Source: Alphaproteobacteria bacterium
Lineage (GTDB): Bacteria > Pseudomonadota > Alphaproteobacteria > Bin95
Direction of reading: 5' to 3'
Assembly: GCA_965205265.1 (NCBI GenBank)
Contig: CBDBGH010000003.1
Location: 2,880,001-2,944,000, forward strand
Length of the DNA: 64,000 bases
Of this stretch, positions 1 through 11,584 are shown piece by piece (position 1 is the stretch's first letter; every line of letters starts with the position of its first letter). The position numbers were made by a program, and so were the translations under genes. Below the pieces are notes generated by a model. It was not told where the DNA came from. It did no database searches and worked only from the letters and a program-made list of their open reading frames with translations.

Positions 1-1548
1 GAAATCGTGGACCGCGACGAGCCGATCGCCCGCGAGGTCTGGGACCGCGACGAGGCGGCCCGCTTCTTCGAGGGCGAAGGCGAGCACTACAAGGCCGAGA
101 TCATCCGCTCGATCCCGTCGGAAGAGCCGATCACGCTCTACCGGCAGGGCGGCTTCCTGGACCTTTGCCGGGGGCCGCACCTGCCTTCCACGGGACGGCT
201 CGGCAAGGCGTTCAAGCTGATGAGCGTGGCCGGCGCCTACTGGCGCGGCGACCACCGCAACGAGATGCTGCAGCGCATTTACGGCACGGCCTGGCGCACC
301 GAGAAGGAGCTCAGGGCCTATCTGGAACGGCTCGAGGAGGCCGAACGGCGCGACCATCGCCGCCTCGGGCGCGAGATGGGGCTCTTCCACCTCCAGGAGG
401 AGGCCGCGGGCTCCGTCTTCTGGATGCCCAAGGGCTGGACGCTGTTCCGCGTCTGCGAGGACTACATGCGCATGCGCCTCGACGCGAACGGCTATGTCGA
501 GGTGAAGACGCCGCAGCTCCTCGACCGGGCGCTCTGGGAGGCGTCCGGCCACTGGGAGAAGTTCCGCGAGCACATGTTCGTGGCCGAGGCGGCGGAGGAC
601 CGGCTGTTCGCCCTCAAGCCGATGAACTGCCCCGGCCACGTGCAGATATTCAAGCAGGGCATCAAGAGCTACCGCGACCTGCCGCTGCGCATGGCGGAGT
701 TCGGCGCCTGCCACCGCAACGAGCCCTCGGGCGCGCTGCACGGCATCATGCGGGTGCGCGCCTTCACCCAGGACGACGCCCATATCTTCGCCACCGAGGA
801 CCAGGTAACGGCGGAGACGGAGCGCTTCTGCGCGCTGCTCACCAGCATCTACGCGGATTTCGGCTTCGAGGACGTGCTGGTGAAATTCTCCGACCGCCCG
901 GAGGTGCGCGCGGGCGAAGACGAGGTCTGGGACAAGGCCGAGACCGCGCTGCTGGACGCCGTCAATGCCGCCGGGCTCGAAGTCGAGCTCAATCCCGGCG
1001 AGGGCGCATTCTACGGCCCCAAGCTCGAATTCGTGCTGCGCGACGCCATCGGCCGGGACTGGCAGTGCGGCACCTTCCAGGTCGATTTCGTGCTGCCCGA
1101 GCGGCTGAACGCCACCTATGTGGACGAGAGCGGCGAGCGGCGCCGGCCGGTCATGCTGCACCGGGCCATTCTCGGCTCCTTCGAGCGCTTCATCGGCGTG
1201 CTCATCGAGCATTATGCCGGGCGGTTCCCGCTCTGGCTAGCGCCGGTGCAGGCGGTGGTGGCCACGATCACGAGCGACGCCGACGACTATGCGCGCGCAG
1301 TGTTCGCCCGGCTGAGGGAAGCCGGGCTTCGCGCCGAACTCGACCTGCGCAACGAAAAAATCGGCTACAAGGTCCGCGAACATTCGGTCGCGAAGGTGCC
1401 GGTCATGCTTGTCGTCGGGCGCCGCGAGGCCGAGCAGGGAACGGTCGCGCTGCGCCGGCTCGGTTCGCAGCAGCAAGAAATGCTTGCAGTCGGCGACTCG
1501 ATACATACCCTGTCCGAAGAAGCGGCGGTCCCGAGCCGGGGCCGCTAG
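1..1548 (+). CDS. thrS: Threonyl-tRNA synthetase, 5'-truncated by the window edge
   Basis: [29 protein letters not shown] and [11 protein letters not shown] motifs; upstream of infC. Confidence 0.98.
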   Translation, partial: EIVDRDEPIAREVWDRDEAARFFEGEGEHYKAEIIRSIPSEEPITLYRQGGFLDLCRGPHLPSTGRLGKAFKLMSVAGAYWRGDHRNEMLQRIYGTAWRTEKELRAYLERLEEAERRDHRRLGREMGLFHLQEEAAGSVFWMPKGWTLFRVCEDYMRMRLDANGYVEVKTPQLLDRALWEASGHWEKFREHMFVAEAAEDRLFALKPMNCPGHVQIFKQGIKSYRDLPLRMAEFGACHRNEPSGALHGIMRVRAFTQDDAHIFATEDQVTAETERFCALLTSIYADFGFEDVLVKFSDRPEVRAGEDEVWDKAETALLDAVNAAGLEVELNPGEGAFYGPKLEFVLRDAIGRDWQCGTFQVDFVLPERLNATYVDESGERRRPVMLHRAILGSFERFIGVLIEHYAGRFPLWLAPVQAVVATITSDADDYARAVFARLREAGLRAELDLRNEKIGYKVREHSVAKVPVMLVVGRREAEQGTVALRRLGSQQQEMLAVGDSIHTLSEEAAVPSRGR

Positions 1549-1575
1549 CGGGAACGAGCGAGAAGGAGACGGTCC

Positions 1576-2112
1576 ATAGCTCGATACACGTCTACAGTGC
1601 CGCCCAAGAAGGAAGGGCCGCGCGTGAATGAGGACATCGAAGCGCGGTCGGTCCGCTTGGTCGGCGCCGACGGCAGCATGCTCGGTGTTGTGGAGATCGA
1701 CGAAGCGCTGGGAGCGGCCGAGGCCGCGGGCCTCGATCTGGTGGAGTTCTCGCCCAATGCGGAGCCGCCGGTTTGCAAGGTCCTCGATTACGGGCGTTTC
1801 AAATACGAAGCGCAGAAAAAGAAGAACGAGGCGCGCAAGAAGCAGAAGACCATCGAGGTCAAGGAAATCAAGATGCGCCCCGGGATCGAGCAGCATGACT
1901 ACGACACCAAGATGCGCTCGGTCCGGCGGTTCCTCGACGAAGGCGACAAGGTGAAGGTGACCCTGCGCTTCCGCGGACGGGAGCTGGCCCATCAGGAAGT
2001 CGGCCGCGCCGTCCTGCAACGGGTGCAGAACGAGCTCGGCGACCTGGTCAAGGTCGAGCAGTTCCCCAAGATGGAAGGGCGGCAGATGGTCATGGTGATG
2101 TCGCCGCGTTAA
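1576..2112 (+). CDS. infC: Translation initiation factor IF-3, probable non-canonical ATA start
   Basis: IF3 sequence (PPVCKVLDYG, VKEIKMRP); AAGGAG Shine-Dalgarno at ~1563 precedes an in-frame ATA at 1576. Confidence 0.95.
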   Translation: MARYTSTVPPKKEGPRVNEDIEARSVRLVGADGSMLGVVEIDEALGAAEAAGLDLVEFSPNAEPPVCKVLDYGRFKYEAQKKKNEARKKQKTIEVKEIKMRPGIEQHDYDTKMRSVRRFLDEGDKVKVTLRFRGRELAHQEVGRAVLQRVQNELGDLVKVEQFPKMEGRQMVMVMSPR

Positions 2113-2170
2113 CCCTTCGCCGGTATCGGCAATCGTCGGCGGGTGCGACGGCATAGCCGCCGCGCCGGCC

Positions 2171-2199
2171 TTGCGCCCCGCTTCGGGGCCGGCTATACC
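2171..2199 (+). promoter_or_regulatory. Putative sigma70 promoter for rpmI-rplT
   Basis: TTGCGC-17 bp-TATACC upstream of rpmI. Confidence 0.5.
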
Positions 2200-2282
2200 G
2201 CGCGCCTTCGGAACGGATGGTCCGGCGCGTATGAGGGCATGCCCGGCCGTCCTGAATCCGCCTTTGCTCCAGGGACAGGAAA

Positions 2283-2480
2283 ATGCCCAAGCTCAAGACG
2301 AAGAGCAGCACGAAGGGCCGGTTCAAGAAAACCGGCTCCGGCAAGGTGCTGATGAACCACGCCTACAAGCGCCACTGCCTCGCCAACAAGTCGAAGCGGA
2401 TGAAGCGCCAGGCGCGCGGAACCACGGCGATGTCGAAGCCGGACGCGAAGATCGTGCTCCGCTTCATGCCATACGCCTGA
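2283..2480 (+). CDS. rpmI: 50S ribosomal protein L35
   Basis: [21 protein letters not shown]; canonical position after infC. Confidence 0.97.
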   Translation: MPKLKTKSSTKGRFKKTGSGKVLMNHAYKRHCLANKSKRMKRQARGTTAMSKPDAKIVLRFMPYA

Positions 2481-2498
2481 GCGGGGGGATCGCAAGCC

Positions 2499-2855
2499 AT
2501 GTCCCGCATCAAGGGCGGCGCCGGTAACCGCCGCCGGCACAAGAAGGTTCTGGCCCAGGCGAAAGGCTATCGCGGCCGGGCAAAGAACAATTTCCGCATC
2601 GCTATCGAGCGCGTCGAGCGTGGGCTGCAATACGCCTACCGGGACCGGCGGACCCGCAAGCGCAACTTCCGCTCGCTCTGGATCCAGCGCATCAACGCCG
2701 CCGCCCGCGAGCACGGGCTCACCTATTCCGCCTTCATGGACGGCATCGCCAAGGCGGGCATCGAGGTGGACCGCAAGGTGCTCGCCGACCTCGCCGTTCG
2801 CGAACCGGAGTCCTTCAAGGCGCTTGTGGAGCAGGCGCGGGCCGCGCGCGCCTGA
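2499..2855 (+). CDS. rplT: 50S ribosomal protein L20
   Basis: [27 protein letters not shown]. Confidence 0.98.
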   Translation: MSRIKGGAGNRRRHKKVLAQAKGYRGRAKNNFRIAIERVERGLQYAYRDRRTRKRNFRSLWIQRINAAAREHGLTYSAFMDGIAKAGIEVDRKVLADLAVREPESFKALVEQARAARA

Positions 2856-2883
2856 AGGCGTGTCCCGGGAAAGAGGGTCTTCC

Positions 2884-3960
2884 ATGTCGGACGAATTGAC
2901 GGCGCTCCGGGACGAGCTGGAGGGCGCCGTGCAGGCGGCCGACAGCCTGGAGGCGCTGGAGGATGTGCGGGTGCGCGCGCTCGGCCGGCGCGGCTCCGTC
3001 ACCGGGCTGATGAAAAGCCTCGGCCGGGCCGCGCCCGAGGAACGGCGCGAGCGGGGCCAGGCCCTCAACCTGCTGAAACAGGCCGTCTCGGACGCCATCG
3101 ACGCCCGCAAGGCGGCGCTGGCGGAGGCGGAGCTGGAGCGCCGCCTCGCGTCGGAGCGCATCGACATCACGCTCCCCGTCCGGCCCGCGCCGGAAGGCAG
3201 CCTGCACCCGATTTCGCAGACCATCGACGAGATCACCCAGATATTCGGCGAGATGGGCTTCCGCTGGGCCGAAGGGCCGGACATCGAGGACGACTGGTAC
3301 AATTTCACCGCCCTCAACATTCCGCCCGAGCATCCCGCGCGCCAGGAAATGGACACCTTCTATCTCGCCGGCGAAGCCGGGTCGCGGCCGGTGCTGCGCA
3401 CCCATACGAGCCCTGTGCAGATACGCACCATGCAGGCCGCGCCGCCGCCGCTCCGGGTCATCGTTCCCGGACGCACCTACCGCTCCGACCACGACGCCAC
3501 CCACTCGCCCATGTTCCACCAGGTCGAGGGGCTGGCGATCGGCAGGTCGATCCATATGGGCCATCTCAAGGGCTGCCTGATCGAATTCTGCCGCGCCTTT
3601 TTCGGGGTGGCCGACCTGCCGGTGCGCTTCCGGCCGAGCCATTTCCCCTTCACGGAGCCCTCGGCGGAGGTCGATATCGGCTGCACGCGCGAGGGCGGGC
3701 AGCTGCGCATCGGCGCGGGCGGCGACTGGCTGGAGATCCTCGGCTCCGGCATGGTGCACCCGAAGGTGATCGCCAATTGCGGCCTCGACCCGGAAGAGTG
3801 GCAGGGCTTCGCCTTCGGCATGGGGATCGAGCGGATCGCCATGCTGAAATACGGTATCCCGGACCTGCGCACGATGTATGACTCGGACCTGCGGTGGCTG
3901 CGCCATTACGGCTTCCGGCCGCTGGACATGCCGGGCCTGATCGCGGAGGCGGCGGCGTGA
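2884..3960 (+). CDS. pheS: Phenylalanyl-tRNA synthetase alpha subunit
   Basis: [39 protein letters not shown]; ATG at 2884. Confidence 0.98.
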   Translation: MSDELTALRDELEGAVQAADSLEALEDVRVRALGRRGSVTGLMKSLGRAAPEERRERGQALNLLKQAVSDAIDARKAALAEAELERRLASERIDITLPVRPAPEGSLHPISQTIDEITQIFGEMGFRWAEGPDIEDDWYNFTALNIPPEHPARQEMDTFYLAGEAGSRPVLRTHTSPVQIRTMQAAPPPLRVIVPGRTYRSDHDATHSPMFHQVEGLAIGRSIHMGHLKGCLIEFCRAFFGVADLPVRFRPSHFPFTEPSAEVDIGCTREGGQLRIGAGGDWLEILGSGMVHPKVIANCGLDPEEWQGFAFGMGIERIAMLKYGIPDLRTMYDSDLRWLRHYGFRPLDMPGLIAEAAA

Positions 3961-6374
3961 AGTTCACCTTCTCCTGGCTGAAGGACCATCTCGACACCGA
4001 GGCCACGCTCGACGAGGTCTGCGAGGCGCTGACCATGCTGGGCCTCGAGGTGGACAGCGTCGAGGACCGCGCGCGCGACCTGGTTGCCTTCACGACGGCG
4101 CGCGTGCTCTCCGCCGAGCCGCATCCGCAGGCGGACCGCTTGCGGGTCTGCCTGGTGGATACGGGCACGGAGGAGGTGCAGGTCGTCTGCGGCGCGCCGA
4201 ATGCGCATACCGGCATGATGGGCGTGTTCGCGCCCTCCGGAAGCTGGATTCCGGGCACCGGGATCAGGCTGAAGAAGACGGCGATTCGCGGCGTCGAGAG
4301 CAACGGCATGCTGCTTTCCGAGCGCGAGCTTGGCGTCTCGGACGAGCATGAGGGCATCGTCGAGCTGCCGGCCGACACCCTGCTCGGGGCGCCTTATGCG
4401 CGGGTTGCGGGGCTCGACGACCCGGTGATCGAAATCGGCCTCACCCCCAATCGCGGCGACTGCGCCGGCATTCGCGGCATCGCGCGCGACCTCGCCGCAA
4501 GGGGCCTCGGCGCGCTCAAGGGCGTGCCCGGCTGGGGCGAGACCGTGCCGGGCGCCTTCGAGAGCCCGGTCGCCGTGCGCCTCGAACTCGGCGACCGGGC
4601 CGAGGCCTGCCCGCTCTTCGCCGGGCGCTATGTCCGGGGGGTGAGCAACGGCCCGTCGCCGAAATGGGTCCAGGACCGGCTGCGCGCGGTGGGTCTTCGC
4701 CCGATCTCCGCGCTGGTCGATATCACCAACTATTTCACTCTGGACATGGGCCGCCCGCTGCATGTCTTCGATGCGGACAAGCTCGAGGGCGACGTGGTGG
4801 TGCGCATGGGCCGGGACGGCGAGGAGATCGACGCGCTGGACGGCCGACGCTACGCGGCCGACGCGGACATGACGCTCATATGCGACGAGGCGAAGGGCAA
4901 CGCCTTTGGCGGCATCATGGGCGGCGAGGCGACGGGCTGCACGGAAGAGACGGTCAATGTCTTCCTCGAAAGCGCGCTGTTCGATCCCGTCCGCACCGCC
5001 GCCACGGGCCGCAGGATCGGCGTGCAGAGCGATGCGCGCTACCGCTTCGAGCGCGGCGTCGATCCGACTTCGGCCGTGGCCGGCATGGAAGCCGCCACGC
5101 GCATGATCCTCGACTTCTGCGGCGGCAAGGCGAGCCATCCGGTCGTGGCCGGCGGCGAGCCGGACTGGCGGCGGCGCTACCGCTTCCGCCCGGAGCGGGT
5201 CGAAAGCCTGGGCGGCGTTGCCGTGCCGGCGGCGCGGAGCGTCGAAATCCTGCGCGCGCTCGGCTTCGGGGTCGAGGAAGGGGACGGCGAAATGTCGGTC
5301 TCTCCGCCGCCCTGGCGGCCGGACATTCTGGGCGAGGCCGACCTTGTGGAGGAAGTGCTCCGGGTCCACGGCTTCGAGCACATCCCAGTGGCCGACTTCC
5401 CGGCCCCGACCGTGCTGCCGGCCCCGGCGCTCACCCGCGCGGCGGCGCGCGCGGCGAAGCTGCGCCGAGCGCTCGCGGCGGCCGGCATGGCGGAGGCTGT
5501 CACTTTCTCCTTCATGCCGGCAGGCCGGGCGGCGCTGTTCGGCGGCGGGGACGCCCGGCTCCGGCTCGACAACCCGATCAGCGCCGATCTCGACTGCATG
5601 CGTCCTTCCATCCTGCCGAACCTGGTCGACGCCGCCCGGCGCAACGCCGATGGCGGGCGGGCGGCAGGCGCGCTGTTCGAGGTAGGCCCTGTGTTCCGTC
5701 CCGAGGCCGCGGCCATCGAGCCCGAAGGGCAGCTCCAGGCCGCCGCCGGCGTCAGGTGGGGCGCCACGCCCCGCCACTGGAGCGAGCGCCCGCGCCCCGT
5801 GGACGCGCTCGACGCCAAGGCGGATACGCTCGCCGCGCTGGCGGCGCTCGAGGCGCCCATGGACAAGCTGCGCACGACCGCGGACGCGCCTGCCTGGTTT
5901 CATCCCGGCCGCTCGGGCGCGCTCAGGCTGGGTGCGGTTGCGCTGGCTTTTTTCGGCGAGCTGCATCCCCGCGTGCTGGCGGCCTTCGATGCCACCGGCC
6001 CTCTGGCAGCCTTCGAGGCCTTCCCGGATGCCGTACCTGTGCCGAGGGCAAGAGCCGGCGGCAAGCTCCGCCCGGCCCTCAACCGCTCGGCCTTCCAGCC
6101 GGTCGAGCGCGATTTCGCCTTCGTCGTCGCAGAGGAGGTCGAGGCCGACAGCGTGTTGCGCGCCGTGCGCAACGCCGACAAGGCGCTGATCGCGGACGCG
6201 GCGGTGTTCGACGTCTATCGCGGCAAGGGCATTGAGCAGGGGCGCAAGTCGCTCGCCGTCGCCGTCACCCTCCAGCCGCAGGACGCCACCCTGACCGACG
6301 CCGACCTCGAAGCCGCGTCCGCCCGCATCGTCGCCGCCGTCGCAAAGGCCACGGGGGCCATGCTGCGGGGTTGA
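3957..6374 (+). CDS. pheT: Phenylalanyl-tRNA synthetase beta subunit
   Basis: GTG start overlapping the pheS stop (GTGA); VCGAPN, TPNRGDC, RFERGVD; C-terminal FDX-ACB domain. Confidence 0.98.
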   Translation: MKFTFSWLKDHLDTEATLDEVCEALTMLGLEVDSVEDRARDLVAFTTARVLSAEPHPQADRLRVCLVDTGTEEVQVVCGAPNAHTGMMGVFAPSGSWIPGTGIRLKKTAIRGVESNGMLLSERELGVSDEHEGIVELPADTLLGAPYARVAGLDDPVIEIGLTPNRGDCAGIRGIARDLAARGLGALKGVPGWGETVPGAFESPVAVRLELGDRAEACPLFAGRYVRGVSNGPSPKWVQDRLRAVGLRPISALVDITNYFTLDMGRPLHVFDADKLEGDVVVRMGRDGEEIDALDGRRYAADADMTLICDEAKGNAFGGIMGGEATGCTEETVNVFLESALFDPVRTAATGRRIGVQSDARYRFERGVDPTSAVAGMEAATRMILDFCGGKASHPVVAGGEPDWRRRYRFRPERVESLGGVAVPAARSVEILRALGFGVEEGDGEMSVSPPPWRPDILGEADLVEEVLRVHGFEHIPVADFPAPTVLPAPALTRAAARAAKLRRALAAAGMAEAVTFSFMPAGRAALFGGGDARLRLDNPISADLDCMRPSILPNLVDAARRNADGGRAAGALFEVGPVFRPEAAAIEPEGQLQAAAGVRWGATPRHWSERPRPVDALDAKADTLAALAALEAPMDKLRTTADAPAWFHPGRSGALRLGAVALAFFGELHPRVLAAFDATGPLAAFEAFPDAVPVPRARAGGKLRPALNRSAFQPVERDFAFVVAEEVEADSVLRAVRNADKALIADAAVFDVYRGKGIEQGRKSLAVAVTLQPQDATLTDADLEAASARIVAAVAKATGAMLRG

Positions 6375-6378
6375 CGGG

Positions 6379-7176
6379 CTAACGTCCCGCGAGTTGGAGC
6401 CAGAACCAGAAAAGGGCGAAAAGCACCGGCTGGTGCAGCAAGTAGTAAACGAGGCTGTGGCGGCCGATGAAGCGAACGGCGCTTCCGGACCACCCCTCAA
6501 GTTTTGGCACTGCCAGAACTTGCAGCCAGCCAGCCCGATGGCACATCTTCGCGGCGCCAACGCCCAGAAGCGCCGGCGCGAGCCAGGGAAACACAGGGCG
6601 GAAATCGCTTGCCGCGGGCGCGACGCTCCCGAGGCCGAGCCAACTCAGCGCCGATGCGTTCAACCGCTCGATCGCTACAAGTTCATCGACCGCGAAGACC
6701 GCAGCCGCGCCTGCCACGGCCAACCACCACGGAGCCCGGAGAAAGGCGAGCCCGGCGATGCTGGCAATCGCGATCATGTGCAGGATGCCGAAGAAGATAT
6801 AGGTCTCCGGCGTCACGAACCGGGTCACGGCGGTGATCGCCAGCGCAGCAAGCACGATGATGACGAGGCGCCGCCTCCACGGTCTCCACCGAATTCCGCC
6901 GCTATGCGCGAGATAAAGGCTGGCGCCGGTAAGAAAGAGAAAACTGCCGGCGACGATCGTGGCAAGCGCCCACCAATGGAGCTGCTCCGAGTAACCGCGT
7001 TCTTCCAAGCCGAAAAACTCGAGGTCGTAAGCGAAATGGAAGACCGTCATGCCGAGGAGAGCCGCGCCCCGGAGGAAATCCACGATTGCGATGCGGGGAA
7101 CCGCGCCCGGCGGGGAGGCCGGCGGGTTCGCGGTTTTTCTTTCCGCCCGGTGCTTCCTCACCCGTCTTCGCGCCAT
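6379..7176 (-). CDS. DUF1624 / heparan-alpha-glucosaminide N-acetyltransferase-like membrane protein
   Basis: RIAIVDFLRGAALLGMTVFH, FFGILH and GRHSLVYYLLHQP motifs; multiple hydrophobic helices. Confidence 0.8.
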   Translation of the reverse strand: MARRRVRKHRAERKTANPPASPPGAVPRIAIVDFLRGAALLGMTVFHFAYDLEFFGLEERGYSEQLHWWALATIVAGSFLFLTGASLYLAHSGGIRWRPWRRRLVIIVLAALAITAVTRFVTPETYIFFGILHMIAIASIAGLAFLRAPWWLAVAGAAAVFAVDELVAIERLNASALSWLGLGSVAPAASDFRPVFPWLAPALLGVGAAKMCHRAGWLQVLAVPKLEGWSGSAVRFIGRHSLVYYLLHQPVLFALFWFWLQLAGR

Positions 7177-7300
7177 GCGGGCAGGTTCCTTCGCTATCGG
7201 CAACGATAAGGTTCTACGAGAAGCCAATATACGATAATGCGACGTTTGACCGGATTGAACCGGACCCTCCAACCGCCTCCCTTAACCCGGACGGCCGCTT

Positions 7301-7566
7301 GAGCGCAATTTCGCCTTCGTCGCCGCCGAGGAGGTCGAGGCCGACAGCGTGTTGCGCGCCGTGCGCAATGCCGACAAGGCGCTGATCGCGGACGCAGCGG
7401 TGTTCGACGTCCATCGCGGCAAGGGCATCGAGCAGGGGCGCAAGTCGCTCGCCGTCGCCGTCACCCTCCAGCCGCAGGACGCCACCCTGACCGACGCCGA
7501 CCTCGAAGCCGCGTCCGCCCGCATCGTCGCCGCCGTCGCAAAGGCGACCGGGGCTGTGCTCAGGGG
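7301..7566 (+). pseudogene. pheT: Duplicated 3' end of pheT (direct repeat of ~6105-6370)
   Basis: Near-identical to the pheT end with scattered substitutions; no proper start and no stop at the equivalent position. Confidence 0.9.
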
Positions 7567-7603
7567 GGCGAGCGGCCGATTCCGCCCGGCAGCGGCGGCG
7601 CGG

Positions 7604-8821
7604 TCAGGCGCCGAGTTCGCGCTTCAGGTTGCGGTCCACCGCGTCGAGGAAGCCCGTGGTGCTGAGCCAGCCCTGGTCCGGGCCGGCCAGCAGGGCCAGG
7701 TCCTTGGTCATCTCGCCGCCTTCCACCGTCCCGATGCAGACCCGCTCCAGGGTGCGGGCGAACGCCGAGACCTCGGGCGTTTCGTCGAACTGGCCGCGAT
7801 AGTCGAGGCCGCGCGTCCAGGCGAAGATCGAGGCGATGGAGTTGGTCGAGGTCTCGTTGCCCTGCTGGTGCTGGCGATAGTGGCGGGTGACGGTGCCGTG
7901 CGCGGCCTCCGCCTCGATGGTCTTGCCGTCCGGCGTCATCAGCACGGAGGTCATGAGGCCGAGCGAGCCGAAGCCCTGGGCCACCGTGTCGGACTGCACA
8001 TCGCCGTCATAGTTCTTGCACGCCCAGACATAGCCGCCCTCCAGCTTCATCGCCTGCGCCACCATGTCGTCGATCAGCCGGTGCTCGTACCAGAGCCCGG
8101 CGGCCTCGAAACGGACCTTGAACTCGTTCTCGAACACCTCCGCGAACAGATCCCGGAAGCGCCCGTCATAGGCCTTCAGGATCGTGTTCTTGGTGGACAT
8201 GAAGCAGGGATAGTTACGCATCAGCGCATAGTTGAAGCAGGAGCGCGCAAAGCCCCGGATCGACTCGTCGAGATTGTACATCGACATGGCGATGCCGCCG
8301 CCGGGGAAGTCGAACACTTCGCGCTCGATGGCCTCGCCGCCGTCCTCCGGCTCGAAGCGGATGGTGAGCTTGCCCTTGCCCGGCACGACGAAATCGGTCG
8401 CGCGGTACTGGTCGCCGTAAGCATGGCGGCCGATGATGATCGGCTTCGCCCAGCCCGGTACCAGGCGCGGCACGTTCGAGCAGATGATCGGCTCGCGGAA
8501 GACGGTGCCGTTGATGATGTTCCGGATGGTGCCGTTGGGCGAGCGCCACATGGCCTTCAGGCCGAATTCCTCGACCCGGTCCTCGTCCGGCGTGATCGTC
8601 GCGCATTTGACGCCGACGCCGTATTTCTTGATCGCATTGGCGGAGTCGATCGTGATCTGGTCGTCGGTCTCGTCGCGCTTCTGGATCGACAGGTCGTAAT
8701 ATTTCAGGTCGATATCGAGATAGGGCAGGATCAGCTTTTCCTTGATGAACTCCCAGATGATCCGCGTCATCTCATCGCCGTCGAGCTCGACGACGGGGGT
8801 TGCAACCTTGATCTTGCTCAT
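7604..8821 (-). CDS. icd: NADP-dependent isocitrate dehydrogenase (subfamily II)
   Basis: [38 protein letters not shown]. Confidence 0.97.
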   Translation of the reverse strand: MSKIKVATPVVELDGDEMTRIIWEFIKEKLILPYLDIDLKYYDLSIQKRDETDDQITIDSANAIKKYGVGVKCATITPDEDRVEEFGLKAMWRSPNGTIRNIINGTVFREPIICSNVPRLVPGWAKPIIIGRHAYGDQYRATDFVVPGKGKLTIRFEPEDGGEAIEREVFDFPGGGIAMSMYNLDESIRGFARSCFNYALMRNYPCFMSTKNTILKAYDGRFRDLFAEVFENEFKVRFEAAGLWYEHRLIDDMVAQAMKLEGGYVWACKNYDGDVQSDTVAQGFGSLGLMTSVLMTPDGKTIEAEAAHGTVTRHYRQHQQGNETSTNSIASIFAWTRGLDYRGQFDETPEVSAFARTLERVCIGTVEGGEMTKDLALLAGPDQGWLSTTGFLDAVDRNLKRELGA

Positions 8822-8947
8822 ATGCGTGCCGCTCCCGGCGTGCTTGTCGGCCGCCGAAGGCTTGGCCGTACCGTGTTGAAAGGAAGGGCCGCAACATAGG
8901 CCCGCGCCAGCGGGCGCGCAAGCGGCGCGGCGGCCGGCGGCCCGTCC

Positions 8948-10168
8948 CTATGGTGTCGCAGCGGGGCGGAAGCGGATCGGCATGGAAACGGCGCCGCGCA
9001 GGCTGACGCCGTCGCGCCAGTCGAGCCGGTCCGCCGCGATTTCGACCTCCCGCATCGCCGCCAGCAGGCGCGGGAAGGCCAGCGCCGCCTCCAGCCTTGC
9101 CAGCGGCGCGCCGACACAGAAATGGATGCCGAAGCCGAACGCGATCTGCCGGCCGTGCCGGCGGGCGATATCGAAGCGGTCCGGGTCCGCGAACGCTTCC
9201 GGGTCGCGGTTGGCGGCGTTCAGCATCAGGAAGACGCGCGCGCCGGCCCGGATGTGCGCGCCCCGGATTTCCATGTCCTCCGTCGCGACCCGGGAGACGG
9301 CCGGGGCGGGCGAGTCGAAGCGCAGCATCTCCTCCACCGCCGCCTCCGCGCGCTCCGGCTCGCGGCGCAGCAGGTCCTGCTGGTCCGGATGGCGGATGAG
9401 GCGCATCAGGCCGTTGGCGAGCAGGCCGGTGGTCGTCTCGTGGCCGGCGAAGAGCAGCAGGATGCAGTTCGCCACAAGGTCGTCGTCGGAGAGGCCGGGG
9501 CTTGCGGCAAGCTCGGAAATGAGGTCGCCGGCCGGGCGGCGGCGGCGTTCGTTCAGCAGCTCGCGGAAGGTTCCGTCGAGGCCGGCGACGGCAGCCTCGG
9601 CGCGGCGATGCTTGTCGGAGGCGGTCTGCGAGGAGCCGACGAAGAGCGCCAGGTCGTGGCTCCAGCGCTGGAAGTCGTCGAGGCGCTCCAGCGGCGCGCC
9701 CAGAATCTCCATGATGACGCCGGCCGGCAGCGGATAGGCGAAGTCGGCGACGAAATCCATCGACCCGCCGTCCAGCGCCGGCGCCAGCAGGGCGTCGATC
9801 CGCCGCGCGATCCGGGGCGCCATCGCGCCGAGCGCGGCGGTGGTGAAGCGGCCGTTCAGATGGGCGCGGATGCGGGTGTGCTCGGGCGGGTCGAGGAAGA
9901 CGGCCCAGCGTCCGAGCGCCCCTTCGCTCCGCTGCAACTGCCGCCGGCGCGCGGGATCGAGCCCCTGGAAATAGGCCGCCATGCGCTCGGCCGAGAGCCG
10001 CCGGTCGCGCTGCGCGGCCAGGCAGTCGTCATAGCGCGTCAGCAGCCAGGCCCGCAGCCGCCCGCTCCAGGCGACGGGAGCCTCGGCGCGCAGCCGCGCG
10101 AGCGCGGGATAGGGATCGGCGATGGTCGCCGGGTCGGTCGGGTCGTAAATCCCGTCGGTGGCCGTCAT
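8948..10168 (-). CDS. Cytochrome P450
   Basis: AGHETT I-helix, EEMLR (ExxR), FGFGIHFCVG heme motif. Confidence 0.95.
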   Translation of the reverse strand: MTATDGIYDPTDPATIADPYPALARLRAEAPVAWSGRLRAWLLTRYDDCLAAQRDRRLSAERMAAYFQGLDPARRRQLQRSEGALGRWAVFLDPPEHTRIRAHLNGRFTTAALGAMAPRIARRIDALLAPALDGGSMDFVADFAYPLPAGVIMEILGAPLERLDDFQRWSHDLALFVGSSQTASDKHRRAEAAVAGLDGTFRELLNERRRRPAGDLISELAASPGLSDDDLVANCILLLFAGHETTTGLLANGLMRLIRHPDQQDLLRREPERAEAAVEEMLRFDSPAPAVSRVATEDMEIRGAHIRAGARVFLMLNAANRDPEAFADPDRFDIARRHGRQIAFGFGIHFCVGAPLARLEAALAFPRLLAAMREVEIAADRLDWRDGVSLRGAVSMPIRFRPAATP

Positions 10169-10228
10169 GAGCCGTCCATTCGATTCCGCCGGGCCGAACC
10201 GGGCTCCGGAGGGCCCGCCGGGCAGGGC

Positions 10229-10323
10229 TGGCGGAGGAGAGTGGGAGTCGAACCCACCTGGCAGCGATGCGCCGCCGCAGCGGTTTTGAAGACCGAGCCG
10301 GCCACCGGACCGGATTCCCCTCC
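10229..10323 (-). tRNA. selC: tRNA-Sec (anticodon UCA)
   Basis: 95-nt t[11 protein letters not shown]...CTTCAAA...GGTTCGACTCC...CTCCGCCA with TCA anticodon, long variable arm and encoded CCA. Confidence 0.93.
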
Positions 10324-10359
10324 GTGAGCGCGATTAGTGGCAAGTCCGGGCGGGGCCGG

Positions 10360-11355
10360 TCAAGCGGCGAAGAGCGGGCGCAGCCCCGCCTTCTCCTCCG
10401 GGCCGCACCAGGCGCCTTCCAGCGCGGCCGCGGCCAGCTTGCGAATCTCGGCGCGGCTGAAGCCGAACACGTCCATGAGCACGGCGTATTCCCCGGCGAG
10501 GCTGTTGTGGAACATGCCTGGGTCGTCGGTGTTGACCGTGATGTCGAGCCCGCGCTCCCAGTAGCGGCGCACCGGGTGGTCCTCGATCCGTCCGATGACG
10601 CCGGTGGCGAGATTGGAGAGCGGGCAGAGCTCCAGCACAACGCCCGTCTCGGCCAGCAGATCGACGACCGCCTCGTCCTCCTCGGCGCGCAGCGCATGGC
10701 CGACCCGGTCCACCCCGAGCGCCTCGACCGCGCCGCGAACGCTTTCCGCCCCGGCCGCCTCGCCCGCATGGGCGCTCGTTCGCAGACCCGCCTTGCGCGC
10801 CGCCGCATAGACCGGCGCGAAGGGTTCGGGCGGATGGAGATGCTCCGAGCCGCCGATGCCGATGCCGAGAATGCCGGCATCGTCCGCAACCTCGACGACC
10901 TCCGCCAGCGTGACGGCCGCATTGTCGGGCCCGAGGTCGCGGACGAGATCGGCAATCAGGTAGAGCGTTACGCCGGGAACCCGGTCGAAGCCGCTGCGGA
11001 TGGCTTCCGCGAGGCGGGCGGGCGTCAGGCCCCGGTCCGCGAACCGGCCGGGGGAGAAGAACAACTCCGCATAGCGGATGTTCTGGCGCGCGAGGTCCGC
11101 CGCGACGGCTTCGGCAATGAAGGTGAAATCGTCATAGGTCCTGAGAAAGCCGTTCTTCCAGATCCAGCTGTCGATGAAGGCCGGGAAATCGGGATAGGTC
11201 AGGCGTTCCCTCAGCGCCTCCACGGTCGGCACGGCCGGGTCCCCGCCGGCGGCCCCGATCAGTTCGAACAGCGCCGGCAGCGGAATGGCGCCTTCCAGAT
11301 GCAGGTGCAGTTCGGCTTTCGGCAGGCCGGCGAGCCAGTCGTCGCGTTCCGTCAT
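10360..11355 (-). CDS. add: Adenosine/adenine deaminase family protein
   Basis: PKAELHLHLEG, HAGE, CPLSN, NTDDP. Confidence 0.9.
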   Translation of the reverse strand: MTERDDWLAGLPKAELHLHLEGAIPLPALFELIGAAGGDPAVPTVEALRERLTYPDFPAFIDSWIWKNGFLRTYDDFTFIAEAVAADLARQNIRYAELFFSPGRFADRGLTPARLAEAIRSGFDRVPGVTLYLIADLVRDLGPDNAAVTLAEVVEVADDAGILGIGIGGSEHLHPPEPFAPVYAAARKAGLRTSAHAGEAAGAESVRGAVEALGVDRVGHALRAEEDEAVVDLLAETGVVLELCPLSNLATGVIGRIEDHPVRRYWERGLDITVNTDDPGMFHNSLAGEYAVLMDVFGFSRAEIRKLAAAALEGAWCGPEEKAGLRPLFAA

Positions 11356-11375
11356 TCAACCGCTCCCCCGGACGA

Positions 11376-11576
11376 CTAGCCCGGACTGTCCGGGTTGATC
11401 GCCAGAAACGCTGCCGCCAGCGCCAGGAACGCCGCGAGCGCGAGCGCGAGCCGCTTGCGCTGCCATGCCGTGTCGGTGCCCGGGCGCTTCTTCGCGCGCA
11501 CGAGCTTCACCGCGGCGTCCACCGCGATTCCGAGCGCAATCAGGACGGCGAGCGCGAGGATCTGGTGAAACGCCAT
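11376..11576 (-). CDS. Small two-helix membrane protein (66 aa), hypothetical
   Basis: MAFHQILALAVLIALGIA...LALALAAFLALAAAFLAI; fills the gap between two co-oriented genes. Confidence 0.6.
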   Translation of the reverse strand: MAFHQILALAVLIALGIAVDAAVKLVRAKKRPGTDTAWQRKRLALALAAFLALAAAFLAINPDSPG

Positions 11577-11584
11577 CGCCCCGC

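Noticed and set aside
1576-1578. ATA start of infC
   Set aside because: Non-canonical infC starts are a well-known autoregulatory feature, not novel
7349-8899. 516-aa ORF beginning in the pheT duplicate
   Set aside because: Only the first ~73 aa are pheT-derived; the remainder is the antisense shadow of icd
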